From a virus (Duplodnaviria; Caudoviricetes), in IMG/VR virus record IMGVR_UViG_3300010153_000003, positions 1,075-65,074 of that record: a stretch of DNA of 64,000 nucleotides; one strand, 5' to 3'. The notes beneath the pieces were generated by a model. The model worked only from the letters and a program-made list of their open reading frames with translations, was not told where the DNA came from and searched no databases. Shown here piece by piece: positions 18,457-27,753 of the stretch. The translations under genes and the position numbers were made by a program. Positions within the stretch are counted from its first letter, which is position 1, and each line of letters opens with the position of its first letter.

Positions 18457-19209
18457 ATGAGATTTTATTTTAACGCTAATACAAAATCCCAGGTTTCAGC
18501 ATTGAGAAGAATAGGAGCAAAGAATATCATGCTTACTCATAAATTCGTAGGAGAAAGAGCAACTAAATATGCGAATGGTTTTGATAATATTATGATAGGT
18601 CCAGGGTTCGGTGCTGACAAAGACAAATACCATAACTTTATAGGAGATTGGGAATTTGAGGCATTACAATATGATGATCCTAAAAATGTTATAAATAACT
18701 ATAAAAATTGGAAGGAAGGAACAGAGTATAAAGAAGATATAATCCCCATACTTCATCAGAATTATCCACAAGCATTATCAGTTTTCAAACCAAACAACCC
18801 AGGCAAGAGATATGCTTTGGGTAAACTAGAAAACAGAGCAGCGGAAGACATACAATTAAGACAATTACCAACAAGTTATTCATTCCATGGACTAGCAAAA
18901 GGAAGATGGACCAAGAATAGAAATGAGGCAGTTGACAGTATAGACAGTTCCACATGGACAAGTGGTGTAAGAGGAAGAAAGACAGATGTATGGAAAGGAC
19001 AACAGATATTATTTGGAGAGAAAGGCAAATCAAATTCATCAATGATACAACTTGCATGTCAAAAGAATCTTATACATTTAAGTAGAGCAGGATTAGATCC
19101 AAAAGACCTGGTTAACGGGGAACCTACAGCATTATTACTAGCACCATTAGTGTTATATTATATGCCAATGTTCGAAAGTTTAGGCTGTTATCTAGAAAAC
19201 TTTAAGTAA
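18457..19209 (+). CDS. tRNA-guanine transglycosylase (TGT/DpdA)-like TIM-barrel protein, degenerate DSG motif
   Basis: IIPILH, YALG, FHGL and DSIDSSTW..G.R.R motifs; GPG in place of DSG. Confidence 0.6.
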   Translation: MRFYFNANTKSQVSALRRIGAKNIMLTHKFVGERATKYANGFDNIMIGPGFGADKDKYHNFIGDWEFEALQYDDPKNVINNYKNWKEGTEYKEDIIPILHQNYPQALSVFKPNNPGKRYALGKLENRAAEDIQLRQLPTSYSFHGLAKGRWTKNRNEAVDSIDSSTWTSGVRGRKTDVWKGQQILFGEKGKSNSSMIQLACQKNLIHLSRAGLDPKDLVNGEPTALLLAPLVLYYMPMFESLGCYLENFK

Positions 19210-19241
19210 CTCTTTTATAATAGTTTCGTTCCATATATTGT

Positions 19242-19751
19242 ATGGCCAAGAAGGAGGGCTCTATTAGAATTACTAAAGATAATAAAGTAGAGATAAACAA
19301 ACATAAGACAGTAAGCCCGTATAACAGTGCTAAACATTTAAAATATGCTAAACTACCTGCCGAATGCGATAAATGCATTTACAGATCTGAAGAAGAAGGA
19401 GGTAACGGAAGGTGTCCCAAGTACGAAAAGGGTGCTGCTTGCGCTGTACGAAAGGACATTAAGAATTTCTTGGACCAGATCAACACTAGGAATCCAGAGG
19501 ATTTAAAGATGTTGTTAGATACAATGGCAAAAGAGATGGGTGAAAATGTATTTCTTGCACTGGTACAGGCCCAGATGGATGGTAATATACCAGACAGAAA
19601 TGCAATCAGTCAGCAGAATGCATTCCTTAATATTGCAAAATTGTTGGTAGAATTGGGTAATAAGATAACAGTTACAGAAAAGAAATCATTTGACGATGAA
19701 GGAAATCTTGAAGAATTATTCAGACAATTAGAATTACAAGGAGACGGATAA
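19242..19751 (+). CDS. Putative terminase small subunit with Cys4 site
   Basis: Overlaps the TerL start; helical C-terminus; C..C...C...C. Confidence 0.5.
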   Translation: MAKKEGSIRITKDNKVEINKHKTVSPYNSAKHLKYAKLPAECDKCIYRSEEEGGNGRCPKYEKGAACAVRKDIKNFLDQINTRNPEDLKMLLDTMAKEMGENVFLALVQAQMDGNIPDRNAISQQNAFLNIAKLLVELGNKITVTEKKSFDDEGNLEELFRQLELQGDG

Positions 19752-21148
19752 TGCCCAAACCAGCAAAAGACGTCACAGATAAACGTGCAAAACTAATGAC
19801 AATGGTGGCAGATATGGCTAAGAGTCCATCAAAATTTAGTGAAGTAATGTTAGGCCATAAACTGTTCAAATATAATCAAGAATATGCAGACAGTAAGGAA
19901 AGATTCATAGTATACAGATCAGGACGTCAGGCAGGTAAGACAATGACAACTGCTGTAAAAGCAATACATTGGAGTTATTTTGCCCCGTTATTAAGTAAGG
20001 ATGCAAAAGATAAGAAAGAGGCAACCATCATTATAGCAGCACCTACACAAAACCAGGCAAGTATTATGTTCGATAGAATAAGAACCCTGGTAAAGAACAG
20101 TGAGTTTCTGTCAAAATATGTTGTAAGAAGTACGCAGACAGAGATGTGGATACAGTGGCTAAACAAACAAGGTGTAACAAAAATATATGTCAGAGCAACA
20201 GGTGAAACTGGTGTGACGTTGAGAGGTTATTCTCCACATGTTATTATTGCGGACGAATGTGCTTTCATTAAACGTAGCATCATGGTGGCATTCCTGCCAT
20301 CCGGTATGGCAACAGAGGCAAATGTATGGCTGACGTCAACACCGTTTGGCAAACAAGGTTATTTTTATGAATCCAGTCAGCAGTCCAGGCCAAAGAATCC
20401 AGACGGGTTATGGAAAGAATTTCATGTCAGATCTGTAGACAATCCAAAGATTGCAAACGATCCGTTGTTCCTTGAACAAGTTAAATCATTGTCACAGGAA
20501 GAATACACACAAGAGGTAGAGGGTGAGTTCTTAGACATAGGTGATTCGCTTATACCATTCGATTTATTGATGGCTGCACATAACAGACCATGGAAACCAT
20601 CAGGACATACAAGATTCTTTATGGGACTTGATGTTGCAAGAAGTGGTAGAGACGAAACTGTGTTCATGATTATAGAAGTAGACGAGGATAGTAAGATTAG
20701 AGTAGTTGAATACCACAAGGAATCACAGTCAAACATGGTAGATATAGTTGGAAGGGTTGGTGAATTAATGCAAAAATATCCATTCGAGACAGTGTATATA
20801 GACGAGACAGGACTTGGTGGTGGTGTGGTAGATCTTGCAAGAAGAAGAGAATATCCTGTGAGGGGAATCACTTTCTCTCTATCAGAAAAATCAAAAATGT
20901 ATAGTAATATACGTATGATATTCGAGAATAAAAAAATAGTAGTACCACAGGATGACAAGAGAGTATTATATCAATTATCATATCTAAAAAGAGCATATAC
21001 AGAAGAAGGTAAATTAAAAGTAAAGGTAGAAGAAGGTACAAAAGACGACCATGCAGACGCTCTAGCCCTGGCATGTAATGCAGTATCATTCGGTGAAGGA
21101 TGGTATTATATTGACCATGGTGACGGTTGGAAGTCAATAATGGGATGA
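19751..21148 (+). CDS. terL: Terminase large subunit
   Basis: Walker A GRQAGKT, Walker B IIADE, STPFG, nuclease GLDVA..G.D and DDHADALALA. Confidence 0.95.
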   Translation: MPKPAKDVTDKRAKLMTMVADMAKSPSKFSEVMLGHKLFKYNQEYADSKERFIVYRSGRQAGKTMTTAVKAIHWSYFAPLLSKDAKDKKEATIIIAAPTQNQASIMFDRIRTLVKNSEFLSKYVVRSTQTEMWIQWLNKQGVTKIYVRATGETGVTLRGYSPHVIIADECAFIKRSIMVAFLPSGMATEANVWLTSTPFGKQGYFYESSQQSRPKNPDGLWKEFHVRSVDNPKIANDPLFLEQVKSLSQEEYTQEVEGEFLDIGDSLIPFDLLMAAHNRPWKPSGHTRFFMGLDVARSGRDETVFMIIEVDEDSKIRVVEYHKESQSNMVDIVGRVGELMQKYPFETVYIDETGLGGGVVDLARRREYPVRGITFSLSEKSKMYSNIRMIFENKKIVVPQDDKRVLYQLSYLKRAYTEEGKLKVKVEEGTKDDHADALALACNAVSFGEGWYYIDHGDGWKSIMG

Positions 21149-21318
21149 TTTATATTTAGTATTAGCCTTATATTTAATATCTAAATGTATTTTTTATCAA
21201 TCATTTAGTAAGAAAGTCGCCTTGATCGTCGACTGGAAACCAGGTACAGTACCACGCAGATCGTACCTCCTTTCCCTCTTTTATAAAACTTTATATAGAC
21301 TGTACACTAATTATTATT

Positions 21319-23415
21319 ATGCCTTACGGAACAGGTCTAGACACATCCTTTAACCAAGATGAACCTCAACAGAACATCAATACTCACCCTAAGAAAGTGA
21401 AAACACCAGAAGGTTTAAAGAATGTTAAACAATCCGTAGATTATGATAAAATTCAACACCTCAAAGTAGGAGAAATGGTCGCTTACAGTAAAGGACAAGG
21501 TACTATTATTAGAAAAGATGGTGCATATGTCACAATTTTTAATGAAGATGCAAATGCACATGATCAAGTCCACGCAGGAGAAACTTATATTCCAGGGGAC
21601 ACTATCAGCATGGGTATTATGAACCAATTATGGGACCAAATGAACTATGAAACTAGAATGGCATCACTACATAAAGCAGAAGTACAAGAACCATTACACT
21701 TTGTAGACAGAAAATGGAATGAATTACCACTTAACCTTAAAGACGTTATCAAATTAAGCCCTACTTCTGTATCAACAGGATCAAAATATCGAGGTGGAAA
21801 AAGACCAACAACAGTGGGTAATGATAAACAACAGGAACGTAGTGCATATAACCCAGGTGAAGGATATGGAGGTGGAAGTGGACAAAGTAGAACATTTACT
21901 CCAGGTGGAAAGAAACCAGGTAAAAAAGAAACCAAACCAGCAAGTGAAGAAGGTCAGAGAAGAGCACATTCAACTGGTGTTCAAAATGAACGTAAAAGAG
22001 GACAAGAAGTTATGAGTCGTGCAGCACAATCTGGATTGGATATAATGACAGCTAAACCTAAAGATGGTAAAGGCGTAACATTTGCAGATATTAAACAATC
22101 ATTAAATCAAGTAGATAAATTATCACCATCATCAGTATCAGTAGGATACGGAGTAAAAGACGTACCGGCAGGAGCAAGACAAGATAAAAACCCTACAGGA
22201 AGTAAAGGAAGTAAAGGAAGTAAAGAAAAACAACCAGCAGCCAATTCTTTACTAGGACAACACGAAGCAGGAAAACAGGAACAACATGTAAGAAATCATA
22301 TTGCAGTAGCAAATGCACCAAAAGCTGGATTGGATATAATGACAGCTAAAAAACCAAAGAAAGAGGATCCAGGTGCAGGTACATTCGCACAAGGTTTGGA
22401 TAAGGCAACCAGTTATGGTGAACTTGCAACAGAAATTTACAAAATTAGAAATCAACTTAATAAAGTAACAGGTGGAAAAATCCCAGGAGAAAAACTTGGT
22501 GACTTGCCACAAGGTAAAAACAGATTAAAACCAGTTGTACCTGGACAAACTAAAATTGAAACTAGTGAAGGTGAAAGAACACTAACATCACCAGCAGATA
22601 GATATGGTACTAGTAGCAGTGAACGAAATTGGAAAACTGGAACAGGTCCAAGTGAGGGTGATAATGGAACTAAAAATCTCGAAAGACATTATGCTAATAC
22701 TAAAGCAGGTAAAGTAGACGGTAAAACTGATTTTTCTGGTTTAGGTGGTAAAGAAGATCCTTTTGATAAAAAATTAATTGGTGGTGTAGAAAAAGTAAAA
22801 CCATTGTCAGAACCAGGTGACGTGGAAGAACAAAATAATGTTAGTAGTAGACATAGTTCACATAATTCAGATAGTGACGGACAAATAGGATCAGCAAACC
22901 CATTTAAGAAATCTGACGTAGAACACGGAGCATATGGTGGAGTAGTAACTGACACACAATTCGATGCAACCGAAGACTATGAAGAGAAAAGACCAGAAGT
23001 ATGTGGAAAAGAATTTGATCACAATCATCAACAAAAAACACCAAGAGATCCTAAAGAAGATGGTAAAGAAGTATTAGTAGGATACCATTCTAAAGAAGGA
23101 GACGGTGGCTCAATGTCAACTGGAACCGAAGGTGCAAACAACCCAAGATATAATGCAAAGTATGATCCAGATGAAGACGGATATAAAGAAAAAGCAATTT
23201 CATTTAGAAATAAAAATAATACAAGATATGGTCCAAGGACAGTATCGAGAGAAGAAGCAATGGAAATTTGGAAAAAGTCAGGAATAAAACCAAGTAAACC
23301 TAAAACTAGGGCAGATTTTACAGGTATGGGTGAGGGTGGCGACTATGTACAGGATACATCTGATTGGGATACACAATATACACCTGATGGCTATGAGAAC
23401 CACAGTAAAGATTAG
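21319..23415 (+). CDS. Large, mostly disordered protein with internal repeats; putative internal head/scaffold-like polyprotein
   Basis: SH3/KOW-like N-terminal segment (LKVGEMV...GTIIRKDG); G/K/S/E-rich remainder; KLSP.SVS.G x2 and GLDIMTAK x2. Confidence 0.5.
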   Translation: MPYGTGLDTSFNQDEPQQNINTHPKKVKTPEGLKNVKQSVDYDKIQHLKVGEMVAYSKGQGTIIRKDGAYVTIFNEDANAHDQVHAGETYIPGDTISMGIMNQLWDQMNYETRMASLHKAEVQEPLHFVDRKWNELPLNLKDVIKLSPTSVSTGSKYRGGKRPTTVGNDKQQERSAYNPGEGYGGGSGQSRTFTPGGKKPGKKETKPASEEGQRRAHSTGVQNERKRGQEVMSRAAQSGLDIMTAKPKDGKGVTFADIKQSLNQVDKLSPSSVSVGYGVKDVPAGARQDKNPTGSKGSKGSKEKQPAANSLLGQHEAGKQEQHVRNHIAVANAPKAGLDIMTAKKPKKEDPGAGTFAQGLDKATSYGELATEIYKIRNQLNKVTGGKIPGEKLGDLPQGKNRLKPVVPGQTKIETSEGERTLTSPADRYGTSSSERNWKTGTGPSEGDNGTKNLERHYANTKAGKVDGKTDFSGLGGKEDPFDKKLIGGVEKVKPLSEPGDVEEQNNVSSRHSSHNSDSDGQIGSANPFKKSDVEHGAYGGVVTDTQFDATEDYEEKRPEVCGKEFDHNHQQKTPRDPKEDGKEVLVGYHSKEGDGGSMSTGTEGANNPRYNAKYDPDEDGYKEKAISFRNKNNTRYGPRTVSREEAMEIWKKSGIKPSKPKTRADFTGMGEGGDYVQDTSDWDTQYTPDGYENHSKD
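22031..22350 (+). repeat. Exact 26-bp direct repeat (22031-22056, 22325-22350) and a (GGAAGTAAA)x3 tandem
   Basis: CTGGATTGGATATAATGACAGCTAAA occurs twice; GSK x3 near 22198. Confidence 0.85.
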
Positions 23416-23460
23416 TAATAGATACTCTTATATATCAAGCCATATTAGTAATAGTTAAAT

Positions 23461-23604
23461 ATGGGCAGAAAAACTGAAATAAAATATTGTATTAATTGTG
23501 GTACTACGTTACCTGATAGATATAAAGGAAGACAAAGAATCTACTGTGGAATTTTATGTAGAAAGGCTTATACAGCCGAACATCCTAAGAAAGATAGTGA
23601 TTAA
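23461..23604 (+). CDS. 47-aa zinc-finger microprotein (not in ORF track)
   Basis: MGRKTEIKYCINCG...RIYCGILCRK; TATA box upstream. Confidence 0.6.
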   Translation: MGRKTEIKYCINCGTTLPDRYKGRQRIYCGILCRKAYTAEHPKKDSD

Positions 23605-23995
23605 ACTATACGTAGACGGAGGAACGAGAGGCATGGTAATATGTCTTCATGATCCACAACGTCAGAAATATATTATTAAAAGAAGAAGAGGGGCCACTAC
23701 TAATAACGATTTGGAATACCTAGCAATAATATATGGAATAGAATATGCAAATAAATATTATCCTAGAGACAGAGTAACAATACTAAGTGACAGCAAACTA
23801 GCAGTCAGTCAGATCAATGGAGACTACAAAGTAAACGGGGACAACCTAATATCATTACATAAGAAGGTATTAAGAAAGATAGATTGGCGTAGAATAGATA
23901 TAAAGTGGATAAGAAGAGATGTTAATCTTGCTGGGATTCACTTGGAGAGTCTTCGGGCTTACTTACGTTCTTCACCGGATACGTCACGGTTGTAG
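23597..23995 (+). CDS. rnhA: Ribonuclease HI-like protein
   Basis: LYVDGG, TNNDLEYLA, SDSKL..SQING.YKV, WIRR..N.A; probable GTG start at 23597. Confidence 0.85.
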   Translation: MIKLYVDGGTRGMVICLHDPQRQKYIIKRRRGATTNNDLEYLAIIYGIEYANKYYPRDRVTILSDSKLAVSQINGDYKVNGDNLISLHKKVLRKIDWRRIDIKWIRRDVNLAGIHLESLRAYLRSSPDTSRL

Positions 23996-24188
23996 AAGAC
24001 TTAATCTCTGAAGGATTATGATTCATATAAAATCTTAAAATTCTATTAAATATAACACTGTCTGATTCATAAACTTCACCATTTTTTGTTGTTTTTCTAA
24101 GCTTTGCCAGTCGTCTCATCTTATTTTTATCTCCCCAACTGACTGATATTGTAGTATTAACTGTACCTTCTTTACGTTTCTTTGGCAT
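23922..24188 (-). CDS. Ribbon-helix-helix-like DNA-binding protein
   Basis: TTISVS...K..M..LAK...ES...I..RIL; upstream TATA. Confidence 0.55.
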   Translation of the reverse strand: MPKKRKEGTVNTTISVSWGDKNKMRRLAKLRKTTKNGEVYESDSVIFNRILRFYMNHNPSEIKSSTTVTYPVKNVSKPEDSPSESQQD

Positions 24189-24219
24189 ATATATAATATA
24201 ATACTGATATATATAAATC

Positions 24220-24705
24220 TTATCTCAGTTTATCTAATATTGGCCTTATGTCTATACATCTTACTGTAATCTTTCTCCACCAGAATCTATCTCTATACCA
24301 GAATGATATTGGGAACGTATTATTAACATTGTCGTGTACGCCCACAACAAAATGACGTGTTTTGTATAACAATGCATGTGCTATCTCATGTTGTACAACA
24401 GTACTGTTCTGCATTGCATGTCTGTGGCCTTTTTTATCATCAAGATACAAATCAATCTTATACTTGCCTGTCATGCCCCATGCCATGCCAAAGTTTATTT
24501 TGTGTGTCTTTGCTGTTTCATAACCATCAAAGTAATCAGGTCTGAAATCTTTTAATGGGTGTATATTTATTTCCCAAAATGTTACAAAGTCATAAACATT
24601 TTTGCCATAGTTTGTAACTATATTCCATATCATGCTTTTATACAATTGTTTGTTTAGATTTTCTGTATAGAAGTTTATTCCCATAGGTTTATATTGGACA
24701 AACAA
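24220..24705 (-). CDS. HExxH (zincin-like) protein
   Basis: VVQHEIAHALL...H. Confidence 0.5.
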   Translation of the reverse strand: MFVQYKPMGINFYTENLNKQLYKSMIWNIVTNYGKNVYDFVTFWEINIHPLKDFRPDYFDGYETAKTHKINFGMAWGMTGKYKIDLYLDDKKGHRHAMQNSTVVQHEIAHALLYKTRHFVVGVHDNVNNTFPISFWYRDRFWWRKITVRCIDIRPILDKLR

Positions 24706-24769
24706 CTATATTAATCTTAATGACAAAAGAGATTCATAAGAAATCCGCAGGCATTGGAGTTCAAGCATA

Positions 24770-25189
24770 ATGGGTACTAAACTTGTAGCAAAACGCGCAG
24801 GTACATGTCCAGAATGTAAAAAACCTTGGGCAGTAGGACAGGAAGCAAATTGGGACAGCGCTGTAAAAAATTCAGCAGGTTTCAGCGTCATGTGTATTGA
24901 CGAAGACTGTTTTAAAGAACAAGGTGGAAAAATTACCCCTAAAGCATCTGGTGGTTTTAACAAACCATTCAGCAAAAGCTTTAGCGCACCAAGAGCAGAT
25001 GTGACTCTCAAAGTACCGGATGTTGAAATTCCTAAAAAGATTACATCAACAGCAGAAACTTTGAAACAATATATCAAACAGGCAGATGTCCTGGTTGAGG
25101 AGTTATATAGTCTACCAGCAGGTGATCAAACACGCGGACAAATCAGATCAAAGTTCGTTGACCAACTTATCCTTCTGGATAGAGGTTAA
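24770..25189 (+). CDS. Zinc-finger protein
   Basis: AKRAGTCPEC...C....C N-terminal domain. Confidence 0.6.
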   Translation: MGTKLVAKRAGTCPECKKPWAVGQEANWDSAVKNSAGFSVMCIDEDCFKEQGGKITPKASGGFNKPFSKSFSAPRADVTLKVPDVEIPKKITSTAETLKQYIKQADVLVEELYSLPAGDQTRGQIRSKFVDQLILLDRG

Positions 25190-25241
25190 CAACTCCTCCT
25201 TTTTTATTACGTTTATATTAGGTATTAGCCTATAGTTTATT

Positions 25242-25583
25242 ATGTATAAACCAATCACAACGGGTAGTAAGAAATTAAAACTTGGAAGGATGGAAGGCCA
25301 TGTTCCAGGTATTAGATACTGTAAGGGAATATGTTCTGCATTAGCAGATCATCCTCCAATAGGAAATCAGCCAGGATCTGGAAGAAGATATGATACACAT
25401 GTTTTTTGCAGCAAATGTGGATCAGGACATGGCGTATGGATGAAGAAAGAATCAATGAAGGCAAATCTAAGGTGTCCTTGTTGTAACTTTTTACCAAGGA
25501 TGAAAACAAAACACAACAGAGTATTGAAGACAGGATACGAACATTCATCAGAGAGAGTAAACTTAAATCAGAGGAATGTCTAA
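25242..25583 (+). CDS. Cys-rich zinc-binding protein
   Basis: CKGIC, CSKC and CPCC motifs; paralogue-like to 26413..26673. Confidence 0.6.
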   Translation: MYKPITTGSKKLKLGRMEGHVPGIRYCKGICSALADHPPIGNQPGSGRRYDTHVFCSKCGSGHGVWMKKESMKANLRCPCCNFLPRMKTKHNRVLKTGYEHSSERVNLNQRNV

Positions 25584-26033
25584 TATAGATATGGAATGTG
25601 ACAGATGTCAATTTGAGATGGATAAGATGACTGTTTGCCACCAGATTTGTCCAAACTGTGGTGCCGTGGTAGACTGTTCAGATGGAGTATTTGCATGATA
25701 TATCCAGCATGTAAGAGCGGTGAACATGGAAGATGTCCAATTGTTTATGCAGGACTTGTTAAATGCAGATGTGCATGTCATGTGGTGGTAGGATCAGGAT
25801 GAGATACCAATGCAGAAAATGTGACTGGTCCATAGAAGGACAGACTCAGATTATGAAAGAGATTTTAAAGCATGAAAAAGAACACGAAGACAGTGTGTGA
25901 TAAGTGCGGACATGGTTTTATTTTACATGGTAATGAACATGGCAGAGGTTATTGCATGGAAGGCAATGGTGAATGGTGTGACTGTACTGAAAAGGGCCTC
26001 TCTTATGATGAAGAAATAGAAAGGATTAAATAA
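25576..26033 (+). CDS. Four overlapping Cys/His-rich microproteins: 25576-25698 (40 aa), 25695-25802 (35 aa), 25799-25900 (33 aa), 25872-26033 (53 aa)
   Basis: Manual translation: CDRC..CPNC; C...H..C...CRCACH; CRKC...H...H; CDKC.H...C...CDC; ATGA stop/start overlaps. Confidence 0.6.
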
Positions 26034-26053
26034 AGTATAAGACAATAATAATC

Positions 26054-26389
26054 ATGGCAGTATCACAATGTCCAATATGTAAAGAATTCCTAGTAGGATA
26101 TAACTGGTCAAAGACACCGAAAGGAAAGAACTGGTTACAACATAAAGAGAAAGGCTGGCACAATTGTCCTAAGAATAAATTTGTAAAAAAGACAGCATCT
26201 TCACATAAGAAGAAAGGCAAGAACGGTGAACAAGGACTAGATCTGTTCCCAAAATGGGACAGTGAAGAAGCAGGTTATTATTGTTCACGAGGTCATTTCA
26301 ATTCACCAACACAACCAAAAGAAAATTATTGTGTAGTGTGTGACACATCATTGACTTGTATGTTTATTGAAAGAGAGAAACATTTATAA
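26054..26389 (+). CDS. Zinc-finger protein
   Basis: CPIC...HNC and C..GH...CVVC. Confidence 0.55.
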   Translation: MAVSQCPICKEFLVGYNWSKTPKGKNWLQHKEKGWHNCPKNKFVKKTASSHKKKGKNGEQGLDLFPKWDSEEAGYYCSRGHFNSPTQPKENYCVVCDTSLTCMFIEREKHL

Positions 26390-26412
26390 AAAGTATAATA
26401 CAAATAATATAT

Positions 26413-26673
26413 ATGTGTAACGGAATTTGTAAAAGATTATATAAAGCACATAGATATGCTCCAGGAGTTTCTATGTACATAGGTAATAAGAGATGCACAC
26501 ATTGTGAGAGATTTATTTCAATGGATGGTGTATACAAAAAAACAACATCAATGAATTGTAAGTGTTGTGGTTCACCAGTGAGACATACACCATATTCTGG
26601 AAGAAAAAGTATTATGCAGAAAATACCAGCCACCACATCTACAATGCATTTATATGTAGGTAATAACATATAA
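26413..26673 (+). CDS. Cys-rich zinc-binding protein
   Basis: CNGIC, CTHC, CKCC. Confidence 0.6.
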   Translation: MCNGICKRLYKAHRYAPGVSMYIGNKRCTHCERFISMDGVYKKTTSMNCKCCGSPVRHTPYSGRKSIMQKIPATTSTMHLYVGNNI

Positions 26674-26679
26674 TAAATA

Positions 26680-27489
26680 ATGTTTAGTAAAAACGTAGTG
26701 GTTGAACTAGATAAGATTGACACGATTGTAAAGTGGGAAAACATATCAGATTTCCATATGGGTAACAATAATTTTGTAGACTCATTGGCAGAGAGAAGAA
26801 GAGATTCAATATTAGATGACCCATTTAGATTCACATCATTTGGTGGTGATCAATTGGATTTGATACTTCCAGGTGATCCTAGATTCAAATATGAATCAGT
26901 CAGGATGCAAACCAAATCCGAACAGATGGATCGATTCGATGAATTTTGGAAGGACCTCTTTGAAGAACATCAGAGATATAAATCCAAATTTGGAATAGAT
27001 AAGATATGGTATGAACAATGGGGTAACCACGAATATAATTCAAGAGTAATGGAAGAAGGAGAGATGAAACGTTGGACCAAACAACATGGCACTACATTCC
27101 TGGGTTCTAAGGGATTCGTAGGCCTTGATATAAGGTTCCACGGTAAGTCACTCATGAAAAAAACATTATTTGTCAACCACGGTACAGGTGGTGGAGATGC
27201 AAAGAAAGCATTGGAAAACCTCACGGTGAACGTTGAGGCTGATGTATATCAGATGGGACACCTACACCAACCTATGGGGTTCAGATCAGATTGCCTATAT
27301 TTCGATAATAAAAAGAAGAAATGGGCAACAAAAGACCAAATCTTAGTTAATTCTGGTTGTTTCACCACAGGCATTAGAGATGGTGTAGACCAATGGTTTG
27401 ACAGAAGAAACAAGTTAAAGACTTCTAAACCAGGTACATGGACAGTGACATTCGATGCATATAAGCAACACATAAACCAACACGGATGA
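26680..27489 (+). CDS. Calcineurin-like metallophosphoesterase
   Basis: SDFHMG, GGDQLD, GNHE, NHG, GHLH motifs. Confidence 0.85.
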   Translation: MFSKNVVVELDKIDTIVKWENISDFHMGNNNFVDSLAERRRDSILDDPFRFTSFGGDQLDLILPGDPRFKYESVRMQTKSEQMDRFDEFWKDLFEEHQRYKSKFGIDKIWYEQWGNHEYNSRVMEEGEMKRWTKQHGTTFLGSKGFVGLDIRFHGKSLMKKTLFVNHGTGGGDAKKALENLTVNVEADVYQMGHLHQPMGFRSDCLYFDNKKKKWATKDQILVNSGCFTTGIRDGVDQWFDRRNKLKTSKPGTWTVTFDAYKQHINQHG

Positions 27490-27753
27490 TTTTTTATAAA
27501 TCCATTTATAATTTTTTTATGAAACAGTTAAATATAGTTATGACGTATTAAAGTAATCTATGGAAATGATGATTAATATTCACATTGAAGGCGCAGATCA
27601 ACCTGTAGTCCTATCTATTGCTAAAGCAACTGTTTTTGTACGAGAATTAGATAGAAGCGGTAAGAAATGGCATATGGGTAAAACCTGTTAGGTTAACACC
27701 TTTCACTTATTTTTTTTTAAACGTTTATATTTAGTATAGACATAATATACTCT

